Shown here: positions 36,801 through 51,617 of the stretch, one piece after another
Layout: every line of letters starts with the position of its first letter
How positions within the stretch are numbered: position 1 is the stretch's first letter
Assembly: GCA_964016885.1 (NCBI GenBank)
Contig: OZ024743.1
Coordinates: forward strand, 119,846,001-119,910,000
DNA: 64,000 nucleotides
Direction: 5' to 3'
From: Eledone cirrhosa
Taxonomy: Eukaryota
Made by a program: the position numbers and the translations under genes
Notes under the pieces: model-generated
Databases searched by the model: none
What the model saw: only the letters and a program-made list of their open reading frames with translations
Told to the model about the DNA's origin: nothing

Positions 36801-37812
36801 GTAATGGACTACAAATTTCAGAAGTCCCATTTACTGCTGAAATGGAAAACACAGAAAAAGCAAAGCAGGTAAAAGTAACTGCAAAGAAAGAACTGCTACA
36901 GAGACTGGCTAAGAAATAGCAAGAAAAGCCTCTGTATGGAAAATACCCAGAGCGAGCTAACAATCCTGATGTTGACAAAACTTTAACCCATCAGTGGTTG
37001 GCATCCTCTGGACTGGAAGGACTGATTATATCGGCACAAGATCAGTGTCTGCCAACAAAAAATTACCAAGCCAACATAATAAAAAATGGGTGCAGCCCAT
37101 TATGCCGTGTATGCAAAAAACAACCAGAGACCATTGACCATATAATTTCAATGTGCAGTCCTATAGCTCCAACCGAATACCTAAACAGGCATGACAGAGC
37201 TGCACAATACATACATTGGATAATGTGTAAGCATTTTGACCTGCCCCATCAAAAGAATTGGTGGGAGCATCAACCACCTCCCATACTTGAAAAAGATCAC
37301 ATCTCAATCTTGTGGAACTTTAGCATCCAAACAGACCGAAAAATAGATGCAAATAGACCTGATATAATATTGAAGGACTTTCAAAAGAGGGTATGCCTGC
37401 TAATTGATATGTCTGTTCCAATAGACAAGAATGTATCTATAAAAACATTTGAAAAATTGAGCAAGTATAAGGACCTGGAGATAGAAATTGGAAAAATGTG
37501 GAAATTGAGAACTAAAACAATACCAGTGGTTGTAGGCGCTCTGGGAATGATACCTAAGGAGTCTAATGATTACTTATCGCAAATCCCAGGAAACCCGCGT
37601 ATAGGAGAAATACAAAAGATAGTACTAATGGGAACTGCCCATATACTAAGGAAGATTCTGTCAATATAAGTACATCACAAGTCTAAACACTAAAGATGCA
37701 TGTGTGAATATGTATGTTCTTTCTTGAACATGGCGGACCTTGTTGTCTCTTGAGGTCACTGGTTGTGACTTGGTGATAACTCGTATGAACATAAAGCAAG
37801 ATAAATGCAACT
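36801..37812 (+). mobile_element. 5'-truncated R4/Dong-clade LINE in (TAA)n
   Basis: ORF 36998-37669, EGLIISAQDQ..CRVC..ETIDHIISMC..RHD..NRPDI..ID.SVP..KLSKYKDL..PVVVGALG (CCHC and RLE); (AAT)n on both sides. Confidence 0.9.
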
Positions 37813-37849
37813 GTAATAATAATAATAATACTACTACTACTACTACTAC

Positions 37850-37903
<54 letters not shown>

Positions 37904-37918
37904 CTACTTCTACTAGTG

Positions 37919-37950
<32 letters not shown>

Positions 37951-39574
37951 GATGATGACGATGACGATGATGATGATGATGATGATGGTGATGATTAAAA
38001 AACTTGATGGTCACCGCCATTGTCATCAAATCATTTTTATCAACCAGGAAAGTTTTAACGTTTTCTGCTAAAATTGTAGGTCTGCCCATATTAAATTTCT
38101 GATTATCAAAGACTACGCTGTATATAGCATGAGTAAGTAATTATTTAGTCACATCCATTTGTATTCTGATACGCAAATCCCACCAGGGTAACTACATTGC
38201 TAATCCTTTCAACGGCGATTTAACCAGAGACTAAACTAAATATGTGTAGCATTCTGCGTTGTGCAAACTCGAGAAATTATCATCACTCGCCTCGTTGAAT
38301 TAATACAAAGCTCTTCATAAGGCCAAGCGTTAGTATTTGGTGACAGTACCTAGTGAAGCTGGTTTCAGGTCTACTTTCAGAGGATGTACAGCGGTATCTT
38401 CTTGATTGTCACAATAACTGTTCACCTATCGAAATCACTTTGAATCAAACTCATTTTTCATGTATGTTTTGGTCCTTGAGTCAATGGGGAGGAAGCCAGA
38501 GAGGCAGAGGTGCATCCTGCTCAAACTAGAACGAGGATAGTCAGTATCGAAAGTCGTCACCATCATAACGTCAGACACCACAAAAATAAAGCTGATCGGC
38601 AGAGCACTAAAGTTATGCAGAATTGTGACAGGAGCGTTAATTAACCAAGACAAGTGAAGAGGTTTACAACACGTCACGGATCACTGAACAGAATGCTTTG
38701 TGTAGATATTTGAGGGTTGCTTTGGGCCACACTTCCAGCGGGATGGAATCTAATCCAGAAAGAGACTGAAAGGAAGCTATCCCGGAAGGAAAAAGTTGAA
38801 TGACAGTAATAGATAAATGCATACATCGTCCTCCTTATTTATTACACTCTGATCATGAAACATTGATAATTTCCCTCATATAAAGTTGGAGCATCTACTC
38901 TTTCACATTTTGTCGAAGGAACACGTTCCACTGCTCAGAATATTCATTTGCTGCCAACAGCCTTTATCCTGGCTGATGATGCACAGTAATGCGTTGTAGC
39001 TACAGCCTCTTTAAATATTCCTTGACAGTAAGATGGTGTCTCCGTTTGTGAAACGTTTTCCCACAACTCTTTTCTTTAAGGAGGGAACAGATGGAGACTA
39101 TTATTTGTTGTCTGACCTCTGTCAAGCGCCGACAGTTCTTTGCTAAGCGAGCAACGCGACCGATGGTACAGCAGCCCTTGACTTCTAGAGTGTTAGTGTT
39201 GAACAAGAGCGACTTCATTCATGAGAAGACACTGTATGTCGATGAAGATCAACTGAACAACCAATGTCGCGTATAGGACGGATCTAGGTATCAACCGCGT
39301 CTATCGGAAGAATTGCATCACCACATTCCTTTAGCTAAAAGGATAGATATTTGAGCTGACTGTTGACTATGTCAAAAGATATAGTATGATGGACTAGAAC
39401 GAAAAGATTGAAGATAGACACTTACCTCTTCAAATAAGCCCTTAAAACCTTCAAGTTTCGCAGAGAGAGGAGGTTGAAAGTGGAGATAATGTTGCCATCC
39501 ACAGGGAATTTGTTGAAACGTCAGAAAATACTATTTAAGGAAAACATTTTTTCCGCAGTAAATAATCTTGTATT

Positions 39575-40855
39575 GTAAATAATCTTGTATCTGTGTGGTT
39601 CCTTGTTTGGCCCAGGGGAGGTCTCCACCAGTTTACATTTACTTAATACCTTTTTTGTTTCTAATATCTATTATGTTAAACCCCTTCTGTTTTTGTAATT
39701 TCAGGAGTTACGGGATGCATTCATTGTAATGACTCTTTGCCCATTGCCCAGAGGCAAATAACAGAAAGGATAAAAAATAAATAATGAAATTATCTTTATT
39801 ACTTTGTGCAGTAAGGATTTTGGTGATGGTGTTTCTATTGTATTGAAAATACTCTTCGTAATATGTGTGCGGTGCCTAGTAGTGTTTTGTATGTTGTATA
39901 TATTTGTAAGTCCTAGAGTTTTGGTTATGTATCTGTCTGTGTGTTTTTTATCATTCACAGAGCACCTATTATTATAGGTATTGTTTCTGTCTTCATCACG
40001 CATATTCGGATCATTTCTATCTCTAGATCTTTATATTTGGATAGTTTCTCCATTTCCTTGGTAGATATGTTGTCGTCTGTGTGGATTGATACATCAAATA
40101 GAAGACATATTTTCTTTGCAGTTTTTTTACTGTAATATCTGGTCGGTTGGCTCTGATCTCTCTGTCTGTATGTGTTGGCATATCCCAGAGAATGGTTGCT
40201 TTGTCATTCTCTGATACCTTTTCTGGTGTGTGTCTGTACTATCTTTTGTATGTTGGTATTTCATAATTCCCAGTGTATTTAGGTACGTACTCTATCTTGT
40301 CTGTGGGTGTGTTCCTTTTCAGCTAAGAGGGGGGAGCCAGACACAATGTGGTTAATTGTTTCTTCTCCGCCTCCACATATTTTACAGTTACTTACTTTGC
40401 TCTGCTTCATTATGTACTTCTGGTGGGTTTTGATGAGGAGGCTTTGGTCTTCTGTGGCAAATAGAAATCCTTCTGTCTCGTCTTTTAATCCAATGCTTCG
40501 TAGCCAGTTTTGTGTATTTTGCTTGTCTACTTCCTCTCTGTTCAGCTTGTTCGGGTATTGGCCATGCAAGGGTTTTTCTTGCCATCATTTTATAGCATTC
40601 TGGAGGTTTGTTTTCAGTTTGTATTTTACGTTTTTCACAATTTCTGTTGTTGATTCTTGTTTGTTTTCATTTTCCTCACAGTTAGCTGTTAATCTGGTTT
40701 CTGTTTTGACTTTATACGCCTCCTTGAAGACTGAGTACAATTTTGTTTTCTTTTTCATGTTTTTTAGCTATTTCTATTAATTTTCCATTGTTCTTCATTA
40801 GATATTTTTGTAGTCCTACAGTAGTTATTTTATAACAGTTTTCTAGTTGCATAGA
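39575..40855 (-). mobile_element. Degenerate R4/Dong-clade LINE 3' part
   Basis: HGQY..LKDETEGFLFATEDQSL..CKICGGGEETINHIVSG and downstream ILWDMPTHTDREIRANRPD. Confidence 0.85.
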
Positions 40856-41240
40856 GTTACGGCCATTTGCGTTCTGAGTTCAAATCCCACTGTGTTTAGT
40901 TTTGCCTTTCATCCTTACGGGGTCGATAAAATAATGTACCAGTAATGCACTGGGATCGATTTAATCGATTTTCCCTTTCCCCAAAGATTGTTGGCCTTGT
41001 GTTTAAATCAGAAACCATTATTAACTAGGTGGTGTTATCAGGTCGGACGCCATGTTTTGCTGCATAGAGTTACGGCTCTTTATGATCTGAGTTCAAATCC
41101 CGCTGAGGTTAACTTTGTCTTTCATCCTTACGGGGTCGATAAAATAAAGTACCAGTCACGCACTGGGGTCGATTCAATCGACTTTCCCCTCCCTCAAAAA
41201 ATTGGTGGCCTTGTGCCTGTATGAGAAACCATTATTATCT
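40850..41240 (+). mobile_element. Two tandem SINE copies
   Basis: ctgagttcaaatccc...tttcatccttacggggtcgataaaa twice. Confidence 0.85.
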
Positions 41241-41282
41241 AAGTGGTGGATCAGGAAAAACGTTAGAACCCTGGGGAAAATA

Positions 41283-41458
41283 ATTGTTTCTACTTTTGGC
41301 ACAAGGCCAGCAATTATCCAGTACATTATTGGTACTTCATTTTTTCGACCCCGTAAGGATGAAAGGCAAAGTTAACCTCGGCGGGATTTGAACTCAAACC
41401 GTAAAGGGACGTAACTATGCTGGAAAACATGGCGTCCGACTCTCTACCGATACTGCCA
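41283..41458 (-). mobile_element. SINE copy inverted relative to its neighbours
   Basis: Reverse complement of 51688-51875. Confidence 0.85.
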
Positions 41459-43099
41459 AATAGTAACGATCAAATCTCGTTCAGGTCAACTTTGACTTTC
41501 ACTCATCCGGAATAGAGCAAATTTTTAGAAGTCAAATACTCCACTGTTCTCCCCTTATGTATACATTTCTGGCCTTTTGCTGATGTAACAAATTATTTTT
41601 CATCCTGTTTTGATGATGTTGTTGTTGTTGATGGTGGTGGTATATTCTTAAAACAAAATTATTTTCATTTTAAATCAAACTTACAACTATCACACTAAAA
41701 TGTATATAGAAAATATTGTTTATGTTGTTGCTGCCTTTGGTGTTTTTGTTCTTGTTTTGAATCAGGTTAGCTCTAATCCGGGAAACGTGTAATCAAAAGA
41801 TATTTCCGTTATGACCATTCCCTTCTTTTTCGGATAGAGTGTACTAATTGCATTTTATGCAATGTTTTTATTTTTAAATCACTGGATTTGATTGAAATGA
41901 TATTTAGTTGCCATTTCTAGCAGATCCAGCATTCACATAACGCTGTATTTCGGTGGGGTTTTCCGCTCCGAAGTCAAATTTGTTTTTTGCTTTTCATCAA
42001 CTATATCCTTCCCCGAAGTATGTGGTGTTCTGCTACAGTTAAAAATCATCACCTGTATGACTGCTTACGTAATCAATTGCTATTATTGTTGCTATTACTA
42101 ACATTGATATTTTTCTAAAATGCTGTTTCAATACTGCACCTCACATGAATGGTGATTATAGTAATTCTTACAAAGCCATATAGTCAGAAATTTGATGAGA
42201 GGAAACAGAACTTGACTAGTACATTATTTTATAAACAAAGGAAAGTTGGCTTCGATAGGATTTGATCAAATACCGCAAAGTATTTTGTCCAACATCCTCG
42301 GCTATCTACTCAGCTGACATCAGCATGCCGCACAAAACAGAGAAGTTCAGGAGACTGTGAATAGTTTCTTTATAGATTCTTATGTTAAAACTGTGCACGT
42401 AATAAAATCCTACTTTCCAGCATCTGTGCAAAATGTATATCTCAGCTTGTATTCTAAGATTCTGACATCTTAACATCGGATTGTACGTAGCAAGAAAGAG
42501 AAAGCGTCAGCTTGTCTAATGTCTAATCACTCGACTGTATCCACCCATTAAAAAAAGCACATACATAATACAAGGAAGAAAAGAAAATGCTTCATTGCCT
42601 GGCATCTAACAACCGAACCGTGTCAAGGCAATTGGCTTTTGACATCTGACAAATGAACCGTGTCAAGACGTGTCAGAGGGTCTGTCTTATTACTGAATAT
42701 ATTAAAACACCAGTGCTGTTTGTTGTCCAAAGCTGTATAAGCTATTTATTCGGTTCAAACTAATTCAGTTCAGTTGTGTTCAATTTATTGTTGTATGCAG
42801 CTCAGATTGCAATAACAATAACAATAACAACTAATGCATACATTATATACGAGCAACTAAGAAAGTTATAGATTAGTAGCTCGACCTGCTAGACATAGCA
42901 GCCGAGTTTACCAAAGCAACAACAAAGACCACAACAACAAACATACACATATGTATTAATGCAAAAGATAATGAGATTGAGAGAACGAAGAATCTTCTAA
43001 GGTGTCGTTGGTCCTTCTAGAAATAACAACCAAATACCCCTCAGATCACATGCCAATATACGCAATAGTAAATACAGGAATAATTTCTTTCTGCTCGCT

Positions 43100-44330
43100 T
43101 CGAAAAACTTAGTCAGAGTAATCCCATCATATCTCGTCAAGCTCGCTGCTTTCACCATTTTTATAGAACACTAAAACAATACAGCACATCCCATCTCTGG
43201 CCTCATATTCCTTTTCAATCATCACTTGAAGGCGTTGATTAGGGCAAGCCACAGCGGAATATTCCTGTCCTCATGTCTTTTAGGTATGTCAACATTATAG
43301 TTTCTGTCGCAATAGTTACCAGACAGGAGAAGACATGCCATGCTTCTTTTCTAAGGGGAAGGGGTGGTTAAATTTTCACTACAGAGCCGGCTGATAGCCG
43401 GATTTGTCCTACACGACTGTAATGCACGGATACTGGGAGATAGCATGTAGGATGGTTTCGTCGTCATACGTGCTTCTTGACTGGTTTTGTTGGCAATATT
43501 GTGCCTGTAGGTATTTGGGAGTTGTCAGTAATCCCCTACCTGGAATTTGTCCAGAGAGTCTGCTCAAAATGTCCTAGTCGCCGTTTAGAATGCTGCTAGC
43601 CTATAAGGGCCTACTTCTCTACATGCCAAATTCTACGCCCATTGACCTGTCCCAGTTGATGTAGTCTCTCGTAACCTACTGATATTATTCCAGTAAGGCA
43701 TCGCCTCTACATTTGATGTGTGTGAATCCATGATGATGACTTTATCTACGTAAGCATACACAGTTTTCTTGTGATTCTATTCAAGCAGAATTCCTCTCAA
43801 GATTTCCATTAAACACAGCAAACGTACCAAAGATGAGGGGACGTGACATACCTGACTAACCTTGCGTTCGGTATGAAACGATTACGATAAGTGTCCATTT
43901 AATTTGACCACGGAACAGATGTCGCTATAGAATGTAACAAGCCAGTTTCTATAATCGTAATCGAAACCAGGTAGCGATGAATGACCCCGTCGAAAGCTTT
44001 GGAGTGATCTAGATTAACCAGCCCCCGCTAAAGCCGGGTCTTCTCATGAAGGGAAGTTTGTCATAAATAGATCTTTCAGTGATCTTTCAGTGATCTCCAA
44101 CTACACTACCAATCACAAGGGCAAACCTATTAGCGAGCACATTTGCCAAACTCTTCAGCAATATGTTGAGTAGCTATTGCATGAGATTCTCTAACATAGC
44201 TCTCTTGTTCCGCGTCTTTCATAGCAGATGTTACCATTTCGCGACTAACGTGACTGAGAATGCCCAGGGTCAGCTGTCAGCTATAATAGATGGTTGAAAA
44301 GGTAGTAGGAAATAAGCCTGGCATATACAG
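43100..44330 (-). mobile_element. Ancient, heavily mutated Tx1-like ORF2 remnant
   Basis: Fragmented frames VNLDHSKAFDGVIHRYL, VYAYVDKVIIM, INWDRSMG and DDETILHA, colinear with ORF2 25845-29282. Confidence 0.7.
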
Positions 44331-44545
44331 TAGAGCTCATACCATTGGTCATCCAATCCCAGAGATTTGAACCTCACACGGAAGAGAATCACAATTAAAG
44401 TAAGGTGCTCAATACATCTGACACAGGAGGTACTTTATTTTCCTTTACTGAGAAGTGATTTTCCCAAGACTAGTTCTGTTTTATTTGGCAATGAAACAGA
44501 ACTACTCCCATATATAGACATAGATACACACACACACACACAGAT

Positions 44546-44673
<128 letters not shown>

Positions 44674-45332
44674 GAAGATTATTGATTAGAATAGACACAG
44701 CTCCGGTCGTTTCCTCACTCACTAAATAATTTAATTAAGTCCGTATTAAACTCAACTGGTTTGAGTGCACACATACGTTAATCAGTGAGGGAGGCGACCT
44801 TGTGTGGGTAGGAAAATTGAGATATACATACAGAGAGAGATGGGGAGAGGGAGAAAGATATACATGCGCATCATTTCCATTTATTTCATCCCATGATCTC
44901 GACTCTTATTAAGAACAAAGTCGACGATGATAAGAAATCAGCAACAAAGACCTATCTATGAACTATAGAAAATATTTATGTTTTAGACTCAAAAACCCGG
45001 TAGCCATAAGCCTACTAACAATTCAAAGTCAGAACTCGGAGTATTCTGAAACTTTGAAGGAACGAATAAGAGAGGAATATATGCAAAAGGCCTAAGCTAG
45101 TAATGGATAGTTTAATCGCTCAAAATAAAAAAGAAAAAAAGAATATCCAACCAACAGGAAAAGCAATGGTGGCCGATGTAATAGCAAATCTAAAGTTTAT
45201 TGAAATTTTGAATAATTAAATCGAAGAAGGATATTTGACATGGACGTAACTAGCTTATATTGGAGGAGAATGCTCCAATGAACACACACACACACGCGCA
45301 CACACGCACACACACACACACACACACGTACA

Positions 45333-46371
<1,039 letters not shown>

Positions 46372-46442
46372 TATATATATATATATATATATATTAAGAG
46401 AGTAAAACAAAGAATCCTTTAATACATCAAAAGTTTTTATTA

Positions 46443-46480
46443 GCCGACAATGTTTCGTCCTATTAAGGACTCATCAGGGC
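46443..46480 (-). ncRNA. Canonical minimal type-I hammerhead ribozyme
   Basis: Minus strand: gcc-CTGATGA-gtcc-ttaata-ggac-GAAAC-att-GTC-ggc; perfect core, G10.1-C11.1 pair, GUC triplet. Confidence 0.85.
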
Positions 46481-46811
46481 AATCAAAACAACAAGAGGTA
46501 ATTTCGGCAGATACAAGCCAGAAACTCTGAAGAATATGGAGTTTACATACACTAATGTCTTACAAAAATATACGATAATAAAAATGAAGATAAAAATAAT
46601 AAAATTATAATAACTAAGGATGTAGATAACATTAAGAACCATATTACAAATATAGTCCAAAGTCACCAACTTAAATCTAAACAAATTTGGTTATATAGAG
46701 CAGGAATTATATATAACACAGTATAATACATTATAATAATAATATATCTATACCAACATTAAAATTCCAAATTAAAAATCAAAAGGTACAATATATACAT
46801 GTATATATGTG

Positions 46812-46845
<34 letters not shown>

Positions 46846-48375
46846 TTACAATACACATATCTATTTTCTATTACACAGAAATTAAGCCCTATTGGAAGTT
46901 TGAACATCAAAAATATCAAAAATAAGCATGGTAATAGTGAAAATAATGCTAATACATCTACCCAATATACATGAGGCAATAATATGATATAATTACAAGA
47001 AACACTTATAATAAATAATAAACAACAAAATTATATAATACAATACAATATAATAAAGTAGAATATATAATCCCCGGTTAATTTACAGAAACAATATAGA
47101 TGTCACAGTGAAATACAATGATAAAATGTTAACATTATATTAACAATTACCATAAACGATATGTACAACATGATTCATACTGGGTTACATAATAAATGAG
47201 GAAATATCAATCATACAATATAATACAATAATACTCAAAAAAACTATATTGGTACAGGGAACAATTATGATGTTACAGAAAAAATATGTTGTTACAGAAA
47301 AAATATACAGACATCTAACATGATATGTAAAATCTAAATACCATAATGTTACATATTACAATATTAAAATATTAAAAAATCCAGACATCTTATATGATAT
47401 ATAAAGTTTAACTATCTTAATGTTATATATAATAAACGGTAAGTAATAAGGATCTATATCATAATGTAATATATTTTAAAAATTGGCATAAAATATATAA
47501 ATAAATACTTATAATTTCAAGGTTAGTAGACAGACATGTGTGGATGAGTGAACGAAGCCAGACAGTGAATAGTAAATAGAATATAGGATAAAACAAATAA
47601 ATACAATCAACCGGAAATTACAAAACAAAGCAAATGTATACACACTTAGGCCTCGCGTGCATTAAGAAATTTGGTAAACACCAAGGAAAGCGATCATTTT
47701 AAATGACTCCAAACCCTATCTGATAAATTAATATTAAAAATATCAAACCCATCCGATAAGGTAGTATAAAATTAGCTATAGTCTAAGTCATTAAAGTATA
47801 TAAACTTTAATGTATCGTTACAAATGTTTGCAAAAAGGAATAAAATTACACTATCATATACGCAACGATATCTAAAAAACTGACTTAAGTAGAGTTAAGG
47901 TAGGCTAATGGGGACAGAATTGACAAAATATATGGAGGGTGCGAAGTGGCATAAAATATATTCGATATACTATAATAAATAATAGAACAGAGCATAAAAG
48001 AGGGGGGGGTTAATATAATCATATTCAATCTAGAGGGGTTGACAATAAGTTTATGCGTGCATGGGGGGGAGAAGGGGGGGTTCGATAGATAAATCAGAAT
48101 AGACTTAGAAATAAAAATAGAATTAAAAATAAAAATAAAAATAAAAATAATGTTAAAATTAAAAATTAAAGTTAATGATAATAAAAGAATATATAAAGAT
48201 AATAACGTGTGTAATCTTATGTATACTAACAAGGTGTAATAGTGAAGACATAGATATGGTACAGTGGCCAAATGATTATGAGAGCTAGAATGAAGAGTCA
48301 TCAAAAACCAATGATAACAATAGTGTTGGCAAACAAAAGAACCCAAACAAAAAACTAAGTAATGGAATATATCTG

Positions 48376-48936
48376 CTAATGGGTACGATTTGTACTACTA
48401 GAACATTTGGGTTTATAATAAAAGTAAGAATTAGAAATTGCATGGGGGCAAGAAGAGAATATCTCAGACTTTCTATTCAGTAAGGGTACGCTAGAGAAAA
48501 TAATAGAGTGTGTCTCAAGTATACAGAGATTACAAAACTCACTATGTGCAGAAAGGTGGTTAGATCGTGCTACTAAACTCCAGTTAAGGCTATATGGTAT
48601 ATAAGTTCCCTTAAGATCCCAGATATAATGCGCTAGAGAGGTAGAATTCTTAAACCTAACATGTTTGAAGTTAGAGATATGAGAGTTAAACCTAGTCTTA
48701 AAAGTGTTTGAAGTAGATCCTATATATGTTTCTTTAGAGGAATTAGTTATAACCTCGCAAGCATAGACAATGTTCTTAGAAAGGCAGTTACCGTTTAGAG
48801 GGCAGTTAGCACTCACTCTACAATTTCACTTCCGGGTGTTATTGGTTGGCTCGAGTGGTGATGTATTGCACGTAGGACCTCTATTAGATAAGGACTGTTC
48901 TGGTGGTAAAGCATTGTCCGATGCATTCAGACTATT
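48376..48936 (-). pseudogene. GIY-YIG endonuclease domain with in-frame TGA at 48826-48828
   Basis: K*NCRVSANCPLNGNCL..IVYAC..YIGSTSNTFKTRFNSH..TSLAHYIWDLK..CNLCILE..LLNRKSEIFSSCPH. Confidence 0.85.
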
Positions 48937-49062
48937 AGTATGTCCGATGCATTCAGACTATTAATTTTTCGGCTCTGTTTAACTGCAGTGAGCTATACCT
49001 TTTACTGTCATTTCTATAATACGAAGAGGGTGTTTGACTCAAACACGCTCCAGTATTCTAAT

Positions 49063-49165
<103 letters not shown>

Positions 49166-49201
49166 AATAATAATATTACTATATATATATATAGTAATAT
49201 T

Positions 49202-49252
49202 AGTTTCAGAAGATCCCGTTAAGTGTGAAAGCAGCGATTCTTTGCTTAAACT
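49202..49252 (+). ncRNA. Variant hammerhead fold (CAGAAGA core), copy 2
   Basis: Reverse complement of 3371-3421 with one substitution in stem II; isolated module in (TA)n. Confidence 0.6.
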
Positions 49253-49268
49253 TTAATCTGTTATTTTA

Positions 49269-49352
<84 letters not shown>

Positions 49353-49381
49353 CTATATATATGTGTGCATATGTGTGTATA

Positions 49382-49462
<81 letters not shown>

Positions 49463-50200
49463 TTGTGATTCTATAGACATGTTTTATGATATATAGCTCT
49501 GATTGTTTAATTTATTAATTTTTCATTGAGCCACAAAGTGACCAGTTGCAAAACACGTATATGTATGTATTTATATGTAATAATCTCCCATTAGGTTGAG
49601 ATACAAATTTGGCTGTGTTATGCTGTGCTTTCTAGCAAAAATGCCACCAGTCGTAAGCAACTACCACACCCTTCCAATCTGACCGCGACTACGTCACGAT
49701 TTTTAGCCATTTTGAAATGAATTTCTTGGCGCGATCACTTTGGAAAATTTAGTGTCTAGATAAGAGCGAGCTTCCTGATGAATCCGGCGCTTGAGTTTAT
49801 ATAATTATTACATAATTATTGGAAAACTCAAAATACGGACGAAACCATGGTAGAGGTATTTAAATATATTCTATTTTCTCCTAGTTTATTTTACACCTAA
49901 TTCTGTTTAGTTGACTATATCTGGGCGATTACGCTGTCGAAATATTCGATAAATATTCCGCTACGGCCGACGCGAAGCGCTAGTTTCGGTTATTTGTCGG
50001 AGATTTCTTCATAGAAGCCTCATTCTTATAGCCTGGTCTATTTGATTTTTTATATGGTTAATTATGCTAATTGGGAGAGGAAATAGTATATATTTTATCT
50101 TGTGATTCTCGACATGTTTTATGATATATAGCTCTGATTGTTTAATTTATTAGTTTTTCATTGAGCCACAAAGTGACCAGTTGCAAAACACGTATATGTA
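49463..50200 (+). mobile_element. Non-coding retrozyme-like element: about 637-bp unit with about 100-bp terminal redundancy and an internal hammerhead
   Basis: 49463-49565 is repeated at 50100-50200; hammerhead at 49771-49856; no ORF; TA-rich flanks. Confidence 0.7.
49771..49856 (+). ncRNA. Type-I hammerhead with extended stem II and palindromic CCATGG stem III
   Basis: cttc-CTGATGA-a-tccg..ttgagttt..aaactcaa..cgga-c-GAAA-CCATGG-TA-gagg. Confidence 0.8.
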
Positions 50201-50228
50201 TATGTATGTATATATATATGTAAACTTT

Positions 50229-50287
<59 letters not shown>

Positions 50288-50298
50288 GTGTGTGCGTG

Positions 50299-50625
50299 CG
50301 TATTGTATATTGAATAATATACGGGATGTTTATGAAAAATATCTGAGGGCCTTTCGCTCTAATTTTTTTAACGTTGGAATCAACGTCATACACCTAACCC
50401 CTGCGAAGCTGGGGGAAGAAATTGACAGTGCTTATTTTACCCTCAGCGTTGGTTACAAACTTAAAAAATTCATAGCGAAAGGCCCTCAAATGTTTTTCAT
50501 AAATATCCCGTATATTATTCAATATATAATACGTACATTTATGTTTATACCGCTATGTGGGAGCACCAATACAAATTTTATATACACAGCATGGCCTCAA
50601 CCAGTTAGCTGGAACATATAAAAGA
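50299..50625. repeat. Fold-back element with about 72-bp inverted arms and one-sided tail
   Basis: 50299-50371 is inverted with 50461-50533. Confidence 0.75.
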
Positions 50626-50890
50626 ATATATATATATATATATATATATATTAGTTATGCAATGTATAATGCATACTATATATCCCACAGGATATATATA
50701 TAGGTCTTCGGATTATGTCTATAAGGACTTACAACAAGTTTGTTTGGAAAATATTGATTCGTAAGTCGGGAATGTTTGTATGTATGCTTAAATATATATA
50801 TGTATACTTGCGTATATATATTCATACTTACATTCATGCATACATACATGCGTGCGTACACCCAGAGATATTTACATAATTATACCTATA

Positions 50891-51395
50891 TACGAGAAGG
50901 CTTCAAAAAGTTCGTGGAAAAAGTACATAGCTAAAGATCATACGCCGGGTTCTTGATCTCAATGCACCTGTACGTTCACATACTAACGTGTCATACCATG
51001 TCCTAACATGAACCCTTAAATGCATGTTGCAATGTACCACCGTCAATCAGAAGTCAGCACCTGGTCGAACAACATAGCCTCTATCAAAACATTAATTTCA
51101 TGGTGAATCTAGTGTGTAAGAGCAACTAAATCATTGACGATCTGGAGCAAGTTTATGGGGACAATGCTCCCAAAAATCAACCTATAAATGGATAAGTCAT
51201 TTCAGAAATGGAAGAGGTGAGGTTGAAGATGATCCCCAGTTGAAGATGTAAAAAAAGCTGCTTTGACATGGTTTAAATCGTATGGCCTTAGTTTTGCACA
51301 GATGGACTTAAAGGCTGGTATCAATGCTTGCAGACGTTTATTGACCTAGATAGAACATAGGTTGAATTTCTCATAGACTTATCCAAACCCCAGAG
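50891..51395 (+). mobile_element. Internally deleted mariner transposon remnant
   Basis: Left end ta-cgagaaggcttcaaaaagttc; fragments IIDDLEQVYGDNAP, YKWISHFRNGRGEVEDDP and C-terminal DGLKGWYQCLQTFIDLD..VE; right TIR degenerate. Confidence 0.75.
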
Positions 51396-51617
51396 GGAAT
51401 TTATGCCAGACAGTAATCTAAACTCCTGTATATGACTTCTCAATTAATTTGTAGTAGAAAATAAACAAAATATCAATAGAAATTAGGTAACAAGACCCGA
51501 AGTACGCGGACCTTATTTTTGTTTATTGTTGGTTTTCAAATTTTGTGTTGTAAAAATTGGGGTGCGTCGTCGAATATGAAGCGTCTTCGACTACGGAGAA
51601 TACAGTATATATTTAAA

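Larger units (their letters stand above)
46395..48965 (-). mobile_element. 5'-truncated Penelope-like element with about 2-kb AT-rich 3' region and terminal hammerhead
   Basis: GIY-YIG ORF, canonical hammerhead at 46443-46480, 23-bp duplication at the 5' junction (48915 and 48941), (TA)n nearby on both sides. Confidence 0.75.

Noticed and set aside
38100-39530. Complex sequence resembling an old LINE
   Set aside because: Could not recover diagnostic motifs by eye
47745-47795. ATGA..AA..GA SECIS-like spacing on minus in the PLE 3' region
   Set aside because: The helix next to the quartet does not pair
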